A DNA stretch of 64,000 bases from the NCBI RefSeq assembly GCF_001447785.1, contig NW_015164664.1:650274-714273 (forward strand), read 5' to 3'. The DNA is from Gekko japonicus (lineage: Eukaryota). Under the pieces are notes generated by a model that was not told where the DNA came from, did not search any database, and worked only from the letters and a program-made list of their open reading frames with translations. Of the stretch, positions 12,911 to 24,661 are shown one piece after another; positions within the stretch are counted from its first letter, which is position 1, and every line of letters starts with the position of its first letter. A program made the position numbers and the translations under genes.

Positions 12911-13749
12911 GAAAATGGTATGGCATCTGGTGGTTAACATCTAAGTCGGGCTGTCCAGGTTAAAATCCTCACTCAGTCCTAAAGTTCCCAAGTGTCCTTG
13001 GGCCAGCAGCTATCAACCTGACCTGTTTCGCTGAGGATAAAAGTTGCGGAGGGGAAAGGCACCTAGACTGCCCTGAGCTGCTTTAAAAAAGGATGGGATT
13101 TATGTCGAGTAGAAGGGAAAGATTGTATGTGGAACTTCAGGGTCGAGGTGGAGGTGGAGAAAAATGCCACACTTGACCCTCCGTATGGGACCCTCGTGAG
13201 AGTCAAGGCTCCCTGTCAGTCTGCAGGAGAATGAATGAGTCTTTCTCAAACTGTTTCCTCTAGGGGTGGATAAATTGATTTGGAAGGAGCAAGAGCTGGC
13301 CCATCTGTGAAATAAAGAGGAGCACTGGAGCCAGAAGCAAGAGTCCTTTAGCAAAGGCCTCTCCTTGCCATAGCAGGGTGCTGGGGGGGGGGAGGGATCC
13401 GTGCTCTGGCCTGAATAAATGAAGCCATTTTGGCAGTCATGAGAACCACGTGTTGTACCTCCCATTTACAATGCAACCCAACACCAAGCATTGCCCACAT
13501 TGTTGGCTAGTGGCGGTCCGTAGTATGCTGCCTGCAATCCTCAGCTTGTTACTTCAGGGGTGACCTATCTAGGCATAGTGGGGCTGGGCTGTTTGGGTAC
13601 AAAGAACCTCCTGTTGGAGGTCAGTGTAAGGCAAGCCAGATCTCACAGTGGACTGCTGAAGCAACTTCACAGCAACTTGCCTCCTATCTAGAAATGTACT
13701 GGGAAGCTGCAATCAGCCAGCCAGGACCTATTGTTGTAAACAGCATAAT

Positions 13750-13940
13750 CCAAGATAAGAGCCTGGATGACCTCTTTCCGTAAGAACCTCGGCCCTATAT
13801 AAACAGGGTGTGCTAGAAGGCTGCAGAGGAAGGGGCACTAGCACTGCTCAAAGTTCATCCAGTCTCCAAGCATCGTCAGCTATGGCGCTTGCAAGTTTTT
13901 TGCTTCGCGGAGCTGTTGGCTGCTAGAACTTCTGTTGTTG
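13750..13940 (+). promoter_or_regulatory. Candidate TATA promoter and non-coding first exon of the SLC25A15-like gene
   Basis: AGATAAG at 13753, TGACCT at 13768, TATATAAA 13796-13803, DR1-like TGCTCA-A-AGTTCA 13845-13857, donor TTG|GTATGT at 13940/13941. The ATG-containing exon starts with an acceptor at 18504/18505, which implies an upstream exon. Confidence 0.4.
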
Positions 13941-15464
13941 GTATGTAGGTATCTGCTTAATTTTACTCAAGCCGAGGGTGGGGGCAATGTCATCAATGGT
14001 TCATTTACAGAGAAGGGGATATTAAATTCCCAGTGCTTACAACTGAGCTATGGCATAATTGCATGGGGAGTGAGGGAGATAAAACAACATGTCTGGGGAG
14101 TGGTTTTTTTCTCCAGTCCTTTCATACTAATAATACGGCAGCAAGTTGTTAACTGGGCTGCTGGTTAATATTTTGGAGGTCTGTTGGGGAGGAGTGTGAT
14201 GATGCAAATAGCAAGGCATCATAGCACTGGGGAAAACAGGCATGTTCAACGCTTCCACAGCTGGTTATGTAGAGGCTTCACTGCAGTCATACACCCCGTT
14301 CTGAGAACAATGTGTGGCGGAAGCATTCTTCGCTGCTGTTTGTGAATATGACCAAGACAAGAGTGTTGGCTCCTCTTTAAGTGGAGGTGCTTTGTCTGCA
14401 TCCCTCCTGCCCTCATCTGTGTAACAGCTAATGTGTCTGACGGAGCTGCCGCCAAGTGTATTGAGGCTGGCTGACTAGCCACCACAGAAACACGATTAGT
14501 GTTCTCCAAAGCTGGCATGAAAGAGAAAGGCGCACTGATGGGCGGGAAGGGTAGCTGAGGTGACTTGGCATGAGGCTGCTGGAAGCTGTAATCAACAACT
14601 GGAATTTCACCCGTGCACAAACTTGGCAGGCAGAGTTCAGCTGCATGATGGTAATCACTGTCCCCTTCTGACATCCAGCTTGGGCTATCCTCAGCCTTCC
14701 AAGGGTCTCTGAGCAGGATAAACACATGTTCTGTAGGATTCAGTGTTTTTTAAGTGGCCTATATGCTACACACTTGTTATGACCCAAGCTTTCTATAGGC
14801 ATAGCTCTTGCACAAAGTTCCTTTGGTGGGCTGGACCTATAATTCAGAAACAGTAGTAGTCAGGCTGTCTGATATGGTACGGCAGAGTCATAAAAACCTT
14901 TTCTAACTGGGAAGGAGGTGAGGCTGTGGCCTGTAGAGGAACCTGGGTCCATGGTGGAAACCCCCCCCCCCACTCGTCATCCATTTTTGCCAATGCCTAA
15001 CTGCCAGTTCTTAGCGGAGTCTCAGATTTCACAGTAGTAAAATACTGTAAAATTTCCTGTAGTAAAAGCCGCACATTTTTCAGAGTTCCAGGGTAAACGA
15101 TATTCTGTTGCTCCTATTGCGATTTTTTTTTTTTGCCCAAGATTTCTTAACTTTTGAGAGTTAATTCCACAGAAGTGTCATCGTTCAAATAGCTTTTGTT
15201 TTCTGGCGTGGGTCTGATCTCATCACAATGCAGGGCAGAGGTTAAACCTCAGCAGTAGATCCATCTCTGCCTGGAGTGAGGAAGGAGATAACCTCAGACA
15301 GAACACAATGGAGCCTACCCTAAAGCAGGAAAATTTCCTGTGCAACATTCGGGGGGGGGGGGGGGGGGCGGCCCACCCTGCTTACCTAAACCCTCAATAG
15401 TTCAGCCTGATTCACTGACAGCCACAGATGTATCAGGACACAGCTATTTTGCGGATAAAGTTTT

Positions 15465-16186
15465 ATTTTCTACATGGGGCTGCCCTTGTCACCAATCCGG
15501 AAGCTGCAGCTGGTACAAAATGCCACGGCCAGGTTGCTGATGGGAATCCCGACTTGGGAGCACATCCGACTTGTGCTAAAGACGTTGCACTGGCTGCCTA
15601 TGGCATACCAGGTTCACTTCAAGGTGCTGGTTCTCACTTTTAAAGCCCTTTATGGCCAGGGACCTGCATACATTCCCCATATGTATCCCAGAGGACGCTG
15701 CGATCTGGGACCCAGAATCTGCTGGCTCTCCCGAGTTTCAAGGAGGCCAGACTGGTGGCAACTAGGGCCAGGGCTTTTTCGGTAGCGGCTCCACTCTGGT
15801 GGAATTAGCTCCCAGAAGAGACCAGGGCCCTGTGGGACCTTTTACAGTTCCACAGGGCCTATAAAACGGAGCTCTTCTGCCAGGCTTTGGGAGCTGCCAC
15901 CACTACTACCTCTACCACCAACAATTGACACCCACGTGGTAGAACCCTGACCTGCTGGACCCTTAAATACTGCCTGAGCCAATTACTCGAGACAGTTGAA
16001 GAAGACCAAGGAGCTGGCGGTAAAATGAGGAACGTTTGCTAGCATTTTATTATGTCTTGGTTTTAACATTGTATTTATATTAATTGATGTGATTTTACAC
16101 TATTGTATTGTCAGAATCTTATTCTGTCTGCAAGCCGCCCTGAGCCAGCCTAGGCCAGGAGAGTGGGATAAAAATCAAATAAATAA
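15465..16186 (+). mobile_element. L2-clade LINE 3' fragment
   Basis: YMGLPL..IRKLQLVQNATARLL...LHWLP is the L2 ORF2 C-terminus; frameshifted; tail AAGCCGCCCTGAGCC...AAATAAATAA. Confidence 0.85.
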
Positions 16187-16257
16187 CTACTTCTGAATCA
16201 TGAAATGGGTCTATCTACTAGGAATGCATGCAAAGAAACAAATACCTTTGCTTCAAA

Positions 16258-17472
16258 AAGTCCTTTTATGGATCAAAAACTGGCTAATTAATAGAAAACA
16301 GAGAGTGAGTATAAATGGGCAGTTCTCCCAGTGGAGGGGGGTAAGCAGTGGGGTACCACAGGGATCAGTACTTGGTCCACTGCTTTTTAACTTGTTCATT
16401 AATGATTTGGAGTTGGGAGTAAGCAGTGAAGTGGCTAAATTTGCGGATGATACGAAGTTGTTCAGGGTGGTGAAAACCAGTGAGGATTGTGAGGCACTCC
16501 AAAGGGATCTGTCAAAGATGGGCAAGTGGGCGTCAACATGGCAAATGGGGTTCAATGTGGCCAAGTGCAAGGTGATGCACATTGGAGCCAAAAATCCTAA
16601 CTATAAATACACATTGATGGGGTCTGAACTGGCAGAGACAGATCAAGAGAGAGATCTTGGAGTTGTAGTAGATAACTCACTGAAAATGTCGAGACAGTGT
16701 GTGACTGCAATAAAGAAGGCCAATGCTATGCTGGGGATTATTAGGAAGGGTATTGTAAACAGATCAGCCAATATCATAATGCCGCTATATAAATCAATGG
16801 TGCGACCTCATCTGGAATACTGTGTGCAGTTCTGGTCACCACACCTTAAAAAGGATATTATAGCTTTGGAAAAAGTGCAGAAAAGGGCAACTCGAATGAT
16901 AAAAGGGTTGGAACACTTTCCCTATGAGGAAAGGTTAAGGCGCTTAGGGCTCTTTAGCTTGGAGAAATGACGACTGAGGGGTGACATGATTGAGGTTTAT
17001 AAGATTATGCATGGGAAAGAGCAGGTAGAGAAAGAGGTACTTTTCTCCCTTTCTCACAATACAAGAACCCGTGGGCACTCCATGAAATTGCTGAGCGGTC
17101 GGGTTAGAACAGATAAAAGGAAGTACTTCTTCACCCAAAGAGTGATTAACACTTGGAATTCACTGCCACAGGAAGTGGTGGCGGCTACAAGCATGGACGG
17201 CTTCAAAAGGGAATTAGATAAGCATATGGAGCAGAGGTCCATCAGTGGCTATTAGCCACAAGGTATAGATAGGGACTCTGGGGCAAGTGATGCTCTGTCA
17301 TCTTGGTGCTTGGGGGGGGGGTCAACAGTGGGAGGGCTTCTAATGTCCTGGCCCCACTGATGGACCGCCTGATGGCACTGGTATTTCTGGCCACTGTGGG
17401 ATACAGAGTGTTGGACTGGATGGGCCTTTGGCCTGATCCAACATTGGCATCTCTTATGTTCTTATGTTCTTA
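16258..17472 (+). mobile_element. CR1 LINE, 5'-truncated, RT domain with one nonsense mutation
   Basis: GVPQGSVLGPLLFNLFIND, KFADDTKL, YKSMVRPHLEYCVQFWSP. In-frame TGA at 16968-16970, then the ORF resumes (RLRGDMIEVYK) to 17255. Ends in (TCTTATGT)n. Confidence 0.95.
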
Positions 17473-18506
17473 ACTGTGTGTGTTCAAGACAGATCCATGT
17501 TCATAACTTTGATATAAACTAAACTTAGTAAATCATCTGTTTTTAACATGGGCAGTTACCATGATCAAGGCCCACCACCACCACCACACACACTCTGCTA
17601 TAAGAGCAAATGGGTCCACACAACTTTACCAGCAGCATTTCCTGGAAAGGGGGAGGTCACTTGTGCCCCTTTGATGGAGCAGAGAGTGCTCTCCCAGTCT
17701 GCAGCAATGGACCAAGATTCATCAATGGGATTTCTGCTTGTCACAGAAGCCTTGCTAGATGAAAACCTAGCAACCTTCAAGAAGTGTGTAGGGTTGCCTG
17801 TATTTCAACCTACCGTGTAGATGGCCCTTTAAGAGTAGTTTGAACTGCTGCAAGGAGCAACTGATCATACCTAGCATCAGGTAATGAAAAGCTCCACCTG
17901 TGGATGTCTGGGTTTTCCCTTGGTAACTTAAAGAGCATCTCTTGGCCTGAGGTTAGGCTGTCGAGGACAGGAATTGACTGCTTCTATTCTTCCAGCACCC
18001 TGTAGGCAGGGTTTCTGTTCTCCAGTCCTCTGACATTGCATTGTTACGTGGTCATCATCTCCCAAGACTGGGCTGTGGGAGCAGACTGCCACTCCTGGAC
18101 TGATGCTTGATTACATGTCCCCACCCTCATTTCTCGACAATAGTGGGGAGCAGAACCAAGCTGTGCCCAGTCTCTTCCCCCTCTTTATAACATCAGCAGC
18201 CTGAAGCAGGATGGAATAGCCATCCATGCCCCACCCCTTTTACTTCCCCCAGGCTTCTTACATTAGGAGGATGTTCTGGCCCCTTACTTGCATTGCTGGC
18301 ATCATCTTCTTCCACCCTTCATTCATAGCACTGTTACTCACAGCACTGTTCCCTCCCCCATCCCTTCAATTTGGGAATAAACCATTTAAGAGATAGTGAG
18401 AGAAAGCTAGCTGAAACTGCTAATCCCTGCTTGGCTTTAACTGTTTCCGTTCCCCCCAGCCTGGAAATCTGCTTTGGACCCCTGCACTTTTACTGCCTTC
18501 ACAGAG

Positions 18507-21500
18507 ATGCCTTCTGAACAAGCCAGAGTCCACCCAGTGGTGCAAATGCTTATTGATTTCACTGCAGGGGCTGCTGGTGAGTCTTCGTGGTGGTGGGGGA
18601 CTGGTAAATGGAGCAAACCCTTTGATGGAGCTTATTAGAGACCAAGGATGGTTGGTTGGGGTGGATTTGGGGACCTTGGGCATTGGCTGCAAGGTAAAGG
18701 AAAGCATATAAAACTTGGGTAAGAATAATGGAAGATTGAGTTCCAAAGCAGAGAATGGGGAGGGACTCTTGTGGGTCTGGGATGGGTAGAAAGAGTGGGT
18801 TGTCTGTAATTTTTCATCTTGCCAGGGTAACGTTGTTATTTTCTTTGCCCAAGTGGCTGAAAGGAGGCTCCTTCCATGCTGGCTGCGATCTGCATTATTG
18901 AAACTGCTGCCCACGACATGCTAAGGGCCAGCAACTGGTAGCCTTGGCCTAAAGCGTGCCTCCAGGTGTCAGCTCTGTAGGTGAAGGAGGCAGGGAGGTA
19001 GCAACAGTTTGTGGCAACAGGATTTGCTGTCAAACATCATAAGAGGACTGTGCTCTGCTTATGTTCTCAAACTGGTTATCTAGCCAAGCTGACTGCTGAC
19101 TATCCCTTAAGTATTTATTTATTTATTTATCAGACTTATACCCCGCCCTCCCCCGTAGGGCTCAAGGCGGCTAACAAGGCAAGAAATCTTGCAACAATAA
19201 AACATAATTCATATAGTTAAACAATTATACAATTTAAAACCAATCCCAGTACAGATTTAAATTTAAAGTGCTCGTTGATCTTCATTTCCAAAACCCCCAA
19301 AGATGACGGGCCAAGTCCAGAGGTTCCCCATAGTCGTTCAGTGGTTTCAATATTTATTCAGATGTTCAAGAATTCAGATGTTTCCTTCCTAGGGCCTCTT
19401 CCACCCCCCATGATGACAATATAGCAGGCGGGCGGGGGGCGGCGGCCCCTACTCGAAAGCCTGGTGGAAGAGCTCCGTCTTGCAGGCCCTGCGGAACTGC
19501 ATCAGGTCCCGCATGGCCCGGATCTCCTCCGGGAGCTCATTCCACAAGGTAGGGGCCGCCACCAAAAAGGCCCTGGCCCTTGTAGCGACCAGTTTTTTCT
19601 CTGGGGCCCGGTACAGTTAGTAAATTTTGGGCCCCAGACCATAGTGCTCTTGGGGGAACATACGGGGAAAGGCGGTCCCTCAGGTAGGCTGGACCCAGAC
19701 CATGTAGGGCTTTATAGGTAAGAACCAGCACGCCTGTTAAGTACTCCTGTTTCCCAAACACACCCATTCAGGGGAGACCCCATCACAGTTGCTTAGAAAA
19801 TGGTCCATCGTGTTGGGTGAGTGGAGAAGTCAGGGGATCTCATTTTTGGTGTTTTCTATCCAGTTATGTTTCTGGTGGTAGATTTGGAAAGGTGTGCATT
19901 GCAGTGGATTTTGGAAGCAAATGGCACTGACAGGGTTCCTTGCAGGAGGTGTAGCCTGTGTGGTGAGCGGGCAGCCCTTTGACACCATCAAGGTGAAGAT
20001 GCAGACCTTTCCAGCCATGTACCGGGGCTTCTTCGACTGCTCAGTCAAGACCTACCAGCAGGAGGGCATGTATGGTCTCTACCAGGGCACCACCCCAGCG
20101 TTACTGGCCAACATTGCTGAGAATGCGGTGCTGTTTGCCTGCTATGGGTTTTGCCAGCAGTTGGTGAGGCAGCTCTTTGGACTTGGCAACATTGTGGAGC
20201 TCAGGTAGGGAAGCTTCTCGCACATGAGGTTGGTAACGCTGATGTAAAGTGGTATTCACAGAGCCCCAAGGGGAAGTGGTCTGGTGGTGGTACCTCCAAG
20301 TGCATCCTCCACAGTGTTGGCTCCTTTTGATTGGCAAAAGACAACCTCCAATAGGGATTTTAGCAGTCTGGAGGGTCTAGATTCAAAGCTGCTTCTTAGT
20401 ATGGACTGGAGGTGGGTTTGGCAACTGTTTTTCTCCTTTTTAAGGATCTCTCTTCCATTACAGCGACTTGCACAGGGCAATTGCTGGCTCCTTCTCCTCC
20501 GTCTTCTCCTCCATGGTTCTATGCCCCACAGAGTTAGTGAAGTGCCGGATGCAAGCTCTCCATGAGATGAAAGTTACAGGACAGACAGCTCTTTCACAGC
20601 GCAGGTACTCGAAGACGAGACACAGAGGTTCAATGTAGGCGCTACAACCAAAAGTTGTACATGAAGCTGTACAACTCCTTTTCAGAGCCACCTTGTGACC
20701 ATCGATGCGTCTTGTGTTGATGAGTTCCCCAAATGAATCCTGTGTTGCAAGCAGAAGTACTTCCTTTTTGTTTATATTTGCATTCGATTTTGCTTCTTTC
20801 TTCCTCCACACTGTTCATGGGTCACAGGATTCCCCTCCCTCTTGCAGCTCCACATGGACTGTGATGAAAGCCATCTTCCAATCGGAGGGCCCCTTAGGTT
20901 TCTTCCAAGGCCTGACCAGTACATGGCTGCGGGAGGTGCCTGGCTATTTCTTCTTCTTTGGGGGTTACGAAGTCAGTCGAAGCTTCTTTCTCCAGGCTGG
21001 ACAGTCAAAAGAGGAGTTGGGTAAGCAAGGCTGGCTGATGACTGCAACCTCAGGTTACCAGTTGCTCTGTTTTGTTCAGGAATTGGAGGAAGTTAGTTGG
21101 AAAGACACAAGGCTGACCTAGAGGTTCTATTGGAATAAATGCACTGAACCACAGGAACTGGGCTTCTGCTTGGGTAGTTAGCAAAAGTAGCTATAAGAAA
21201 AGGGGATGTGTGCATGTTTTGCAGTTGCAACATGCAAGCAGGGAACAGACTGGACACTGAATTTAGCATTGGAGAATTTCAGCTCTAAGCACTGCCTCAA
21301 AAGCCAAGGCCAGGGTTGTATGAGAGTATTTCTTTGGGAAGCTGTTATGCACAGTATGCTGGTCTCCTAGTTAGTTGGTGCTGGACAATGCTCTGAGGCC
21401 CCATTCCAACTTGGCTTTCTTGCTCCCATGCCTGCTGCTTGCCTGCCTGCCTGGAATGCCTCAACATTTTAGGAAGTGTATAAACTCTGCTGACAGCTCC

Positions 21501-23098
21501 TGTCCCAAGCAGAATATTAGATGACTTTGTCCATACACAGGAGCCCTGTGAAAATACTAGTGCTCTTTTTTTTTGGGGGGGGGGATGTGTGGTGCATGCA
21601 GGGACACTGATCTAGATGGGGAGCTGGCTGCTTGCTTCTCCTCAGTCCCAGCAAGAAGGTCCTACCCGGGTATCTTGACCCAGGATCTTCAAGTAGAAGG
21701 GCTCCCTACCTCTGCTGCAGGTCCCTTGACCCCTAGTGCTTCCTTAGGAGTTGCCTGACCTTGTTGCAGCCATGGCTGTGCTGCTGCTGATTGCTTGGCT
21801 TTCTCTTCTGCCAATGATGGTTTGTTTCTGGGTGAATAATGACCACCAGGTTGTAGCTTATGGTTGCAGTGACCCCTTGGGAAGCAAGTGGTGGGCAGGG
21901 TCTTGGCACTCCCTTACCACTTTCCAACATACCTGCTCAGGTGCAGCACTGAGGTCACACTCTCCTCGCCACCTGACAGGGCAATACAATGGCTGTCTAC
22001 CCAAGTGGTTATGTGCATGCTTGAGAAATATTTGTCTGTTCTTGGCCAAACCTGGTAACTCTGAGAACCACAGCTTGAACCCTGGTGCTCTGCCAATACT
22101 TTCCTGCTAGGCTCAAAACCACTTACTGAAATCTCTCTCCCTTGCTCTGCTCTTCTGCTTGGCCTTTGTGCAGTCCCACCTATAATACTGTGCCCTTGGA
22201 ACCAGTAGGGAAGCTTGCAGACACTGGAAGGGTTCCACCCCAAGGCATTCTGAGCCTTGAGCATGTGCTTAGGGGACAGCCAAGCAAGCTCCCACTCTCC
22301 CTTACTGGGGGGGGGGGGAACCAAGTACTGTTATGAGTCCAGGGCATGGAGCATTCTGTGAGGTCTGGGGATTTCTAGAAGGTTCTGAGAGTTGATTTGT
22401 ACCATCCATTTGACAACTGTCAATGACCAGTATGGGCAACTTTGTTTTGTAGGAGCTCTTCCTGTCACAGTGAGTGGTGGAATTGGTGGTGCCGCCTTCT
22501 GGCTGGCTGTCTATCCCATTGATTCAGTGAAATCTCGGATTCAGGTGCTGTCTATGGCTGGGCGGCAAAATGGCTTTCTGCTTTCTTTCCTGCACATCTT
22601 ACGGACTGAAGGCAAGTGCTGCATACAAGTCTGGTCTCCTCAAATACCAGCATGGTATAGTGATTAGTCTTGGACTGGGAATCTTGGAAACCCAGGTTCA
22701 AATCCCTACCCTGCCATGGAAGCTCGCTGGGTGACATTGGATCAGTCATTTTCTCTCAATGTAACCTACATCACGGGGCTCTTGGAGGAGGGAAGAACAA
22801 TGTTTAAGCTACTTTGAGTCCTTGGAGACCAAAGTGGGGTATATATATCAAAGTAAATGCCATGTGTGTGGAGAGGAATGGGCTGTACCTCGGTCTGTGG
22901 ATCCAGCTTCTCTCCAAAAATGGCCCTCTTCCTCCTGGCCATACTGATTTGCCTTGTATTTATGTTGCAGGCGTGATGGCTCTTTATTGTGGGCTCATGC
23001 CCACAGTGATCCGAGCACTGCCTTCCAATGGTGCCCTCTTCCTTGCCTATGAAATGACCCAGAAAAAGCTGACCAGCCTGAGTGAAAGGACAACCTGA
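18507..23098 (+). CDS. Mitochondrial ornithine carrier-like (SLC25A15/ORC1 paralog), 309 aa
   Basis: Coding exons 18507-18576, 19946-20204, 20464-20604, 20848-21020, 22453-22611, 22971-23098; total 930 nt, no stops. Three carrier signatures (PFDTIK, PTELVK, PIDSVK). ORC1-like motifs [43 protein letters not shown]. One GC-AG intron. Confidence 0.92.
19112..19735 (-). mobile_element. L2-clade LINE 3' fragment
   Basis: Minus-strand [24 protein letters not shown]; (TAAA)n tail at 19112-19130. Confidence 0.8.
22645..22850 (+). mobile_element. tRNA-derived (MIR-like) SINE
   Basis: CAGCATGGTATAGTG...GGTTCAAATCC B-box and GCTGGGTGAC core. Confidence 0.6.
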
Positions 23099-23489
23099 CA
23101 GCAGTGTCTGGTCCTGGAGCAAAGGACTCATGTGCAAGATGGAGCAGCACTTGAACTTCCCTCTTTTTAATGGGACTGCTTACAGCCAAGCCCACTCAAA
23201 AGGTTCTTAGAGGACATGCCAGGCCTGAGAGAGAGAGCAGGCCTTTTTGGATTTCAGGGTGTCTGTCGGTGGGGTGGAAGCAGGAGAAAAAGACCAGAGT
23301 CCTCCTCTCTTGGCACATGTCCTGAAGACCTGCAGTGACAAAGGCCATTTCCCCCCTAAGAACAGCAGGACTTACCGGGGGAGGTATGTGATGGGAAATG
23401 ACCAAAGGCATCCTTCTCCCATTGCCTTCCCAACCTCCGTGTCATGCGGGGAATTATTTTGAAAGAGTCTATCTTCTTTTTTTTAGTAC

Positions 23490-23495
23490 AATAAA
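23490..23495 (+). terminator. PolyA signal of the SLC25A15-like gene
   Basis: AATAAA about 390 nt after the TGA, followed by TGTGTGTCT. Confidence 0.7.
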
Positions 23496-24419
23496 AATGT
23501 GTGTCTCAGCCACTTCTGGTTCATATGTAATATTTCTGTGCCACTGGCAGAATGAGGCCCTGTGAGTTGGGGACTAGCTCGGCATTCTCATTTGTTTTTC
23601 TCTCTCACGTTCACACTATGTGTTTTATACTGGGAAATGTACAGCTTTGTGTGGGTTCCTAGGAAACCCAGAAATAAATTTGGTTTCTGCAATCCTGGTA
23701 TGTTTCTTTCTCTAGAATTGCTCTCCTGGAAGGTTGTGTCCTTGTAGTTAATGGACAAAGTAGAACATTTCCACTAACATCTGGCTTCCCCTGTGTTCCT
23801 CTCCAACCACCTTTTGCTTGCTATTAGCATCAGTTCTTCTTGGTGGTGTTTAGGTAGGGATGCCCCCACTCCCAAGATGCGTGGGTTGCTTTAACTGACA
23901 GCTTGTTCTTGTGTCACTGATGCCCATTTCCACAGTGGGCTTGAAGTGGCAGGAAGACCACCTCAAAAGGGTCTCTCTCTGGATGGGTGCTAAACTGGCA
24001 GTCTGTTTGATTTTGAAGCATTTCCACGTGTGACACTTAAAGCATTAAGTCTCTTGCAAATGCTGTGTAGGCACCTACATGGACATTAACACAGCCAACA
24101 AACTACAGCAGGAGACACAGCCTACTTTGTAGCCAAGGTGGCTCTCTGTCAATTTGAAGGCAGCTGCAGGAATACCCCACCCAATTTGACTTTAGGATAA
24201 GCTGTGAAAATAGCTTTGTGATCTCCCCCCCCCCCCATGCAAAAGTAAAAACAGTGTTGTCTTTCTGTGCCCACACCTGCAAGGCAGAAAGACTCAAATG
24301 CAGGCTTCAGCCAGTGTTGGTGTTGCATTTTTAAAGTAAGGATGTAGGCGAGGCAAAAAAACAGTCTCTGAATCATGCACGGAGGGGAAAAAAACTAGAC
24401 CTGTTCTCAATATGCTTGC

Positions 24420-24661
24420 TGCTCCACGTGACATTCCTTCTCCCTGGGGGCAACCAGATGATTCTTGAAGGCTGAGCAGTTGCATGCCCATTTTTGGGTT
24501 AGGCTCCAGTTTCAAGTCCGCCCCTTGGCCGCTGCTAAAGATAGCCAAGCCTGATTTCTTGCACTGCCACGGAGAACCTTTGACTGACAGGGATACTGCC
24601 TGAAGCAGGGCCTGTTCCGCTTGGGAACAAGAGCTGGCCTTGTGAGCACCACATCCAGGAG
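24420..24661 (+). promoter_or_regulatory. Muscle-type proximal promoter of ITGB1BP2
   Basis: E-box CACGTG near 24425, perfect CArG CCATTTTTGG 24488-24497, GC box 24518-24524, MEF2-like CTAAAGATAG 24535-24544 (one mismatch). Confidence 0.55.

Noticed and set aside
16200-16970. 256-aa RT ORF as a host gene or retron-like system
   Set aside because: It is a truncated CR1 LINE with a nonsense codon and a CR1 tail.
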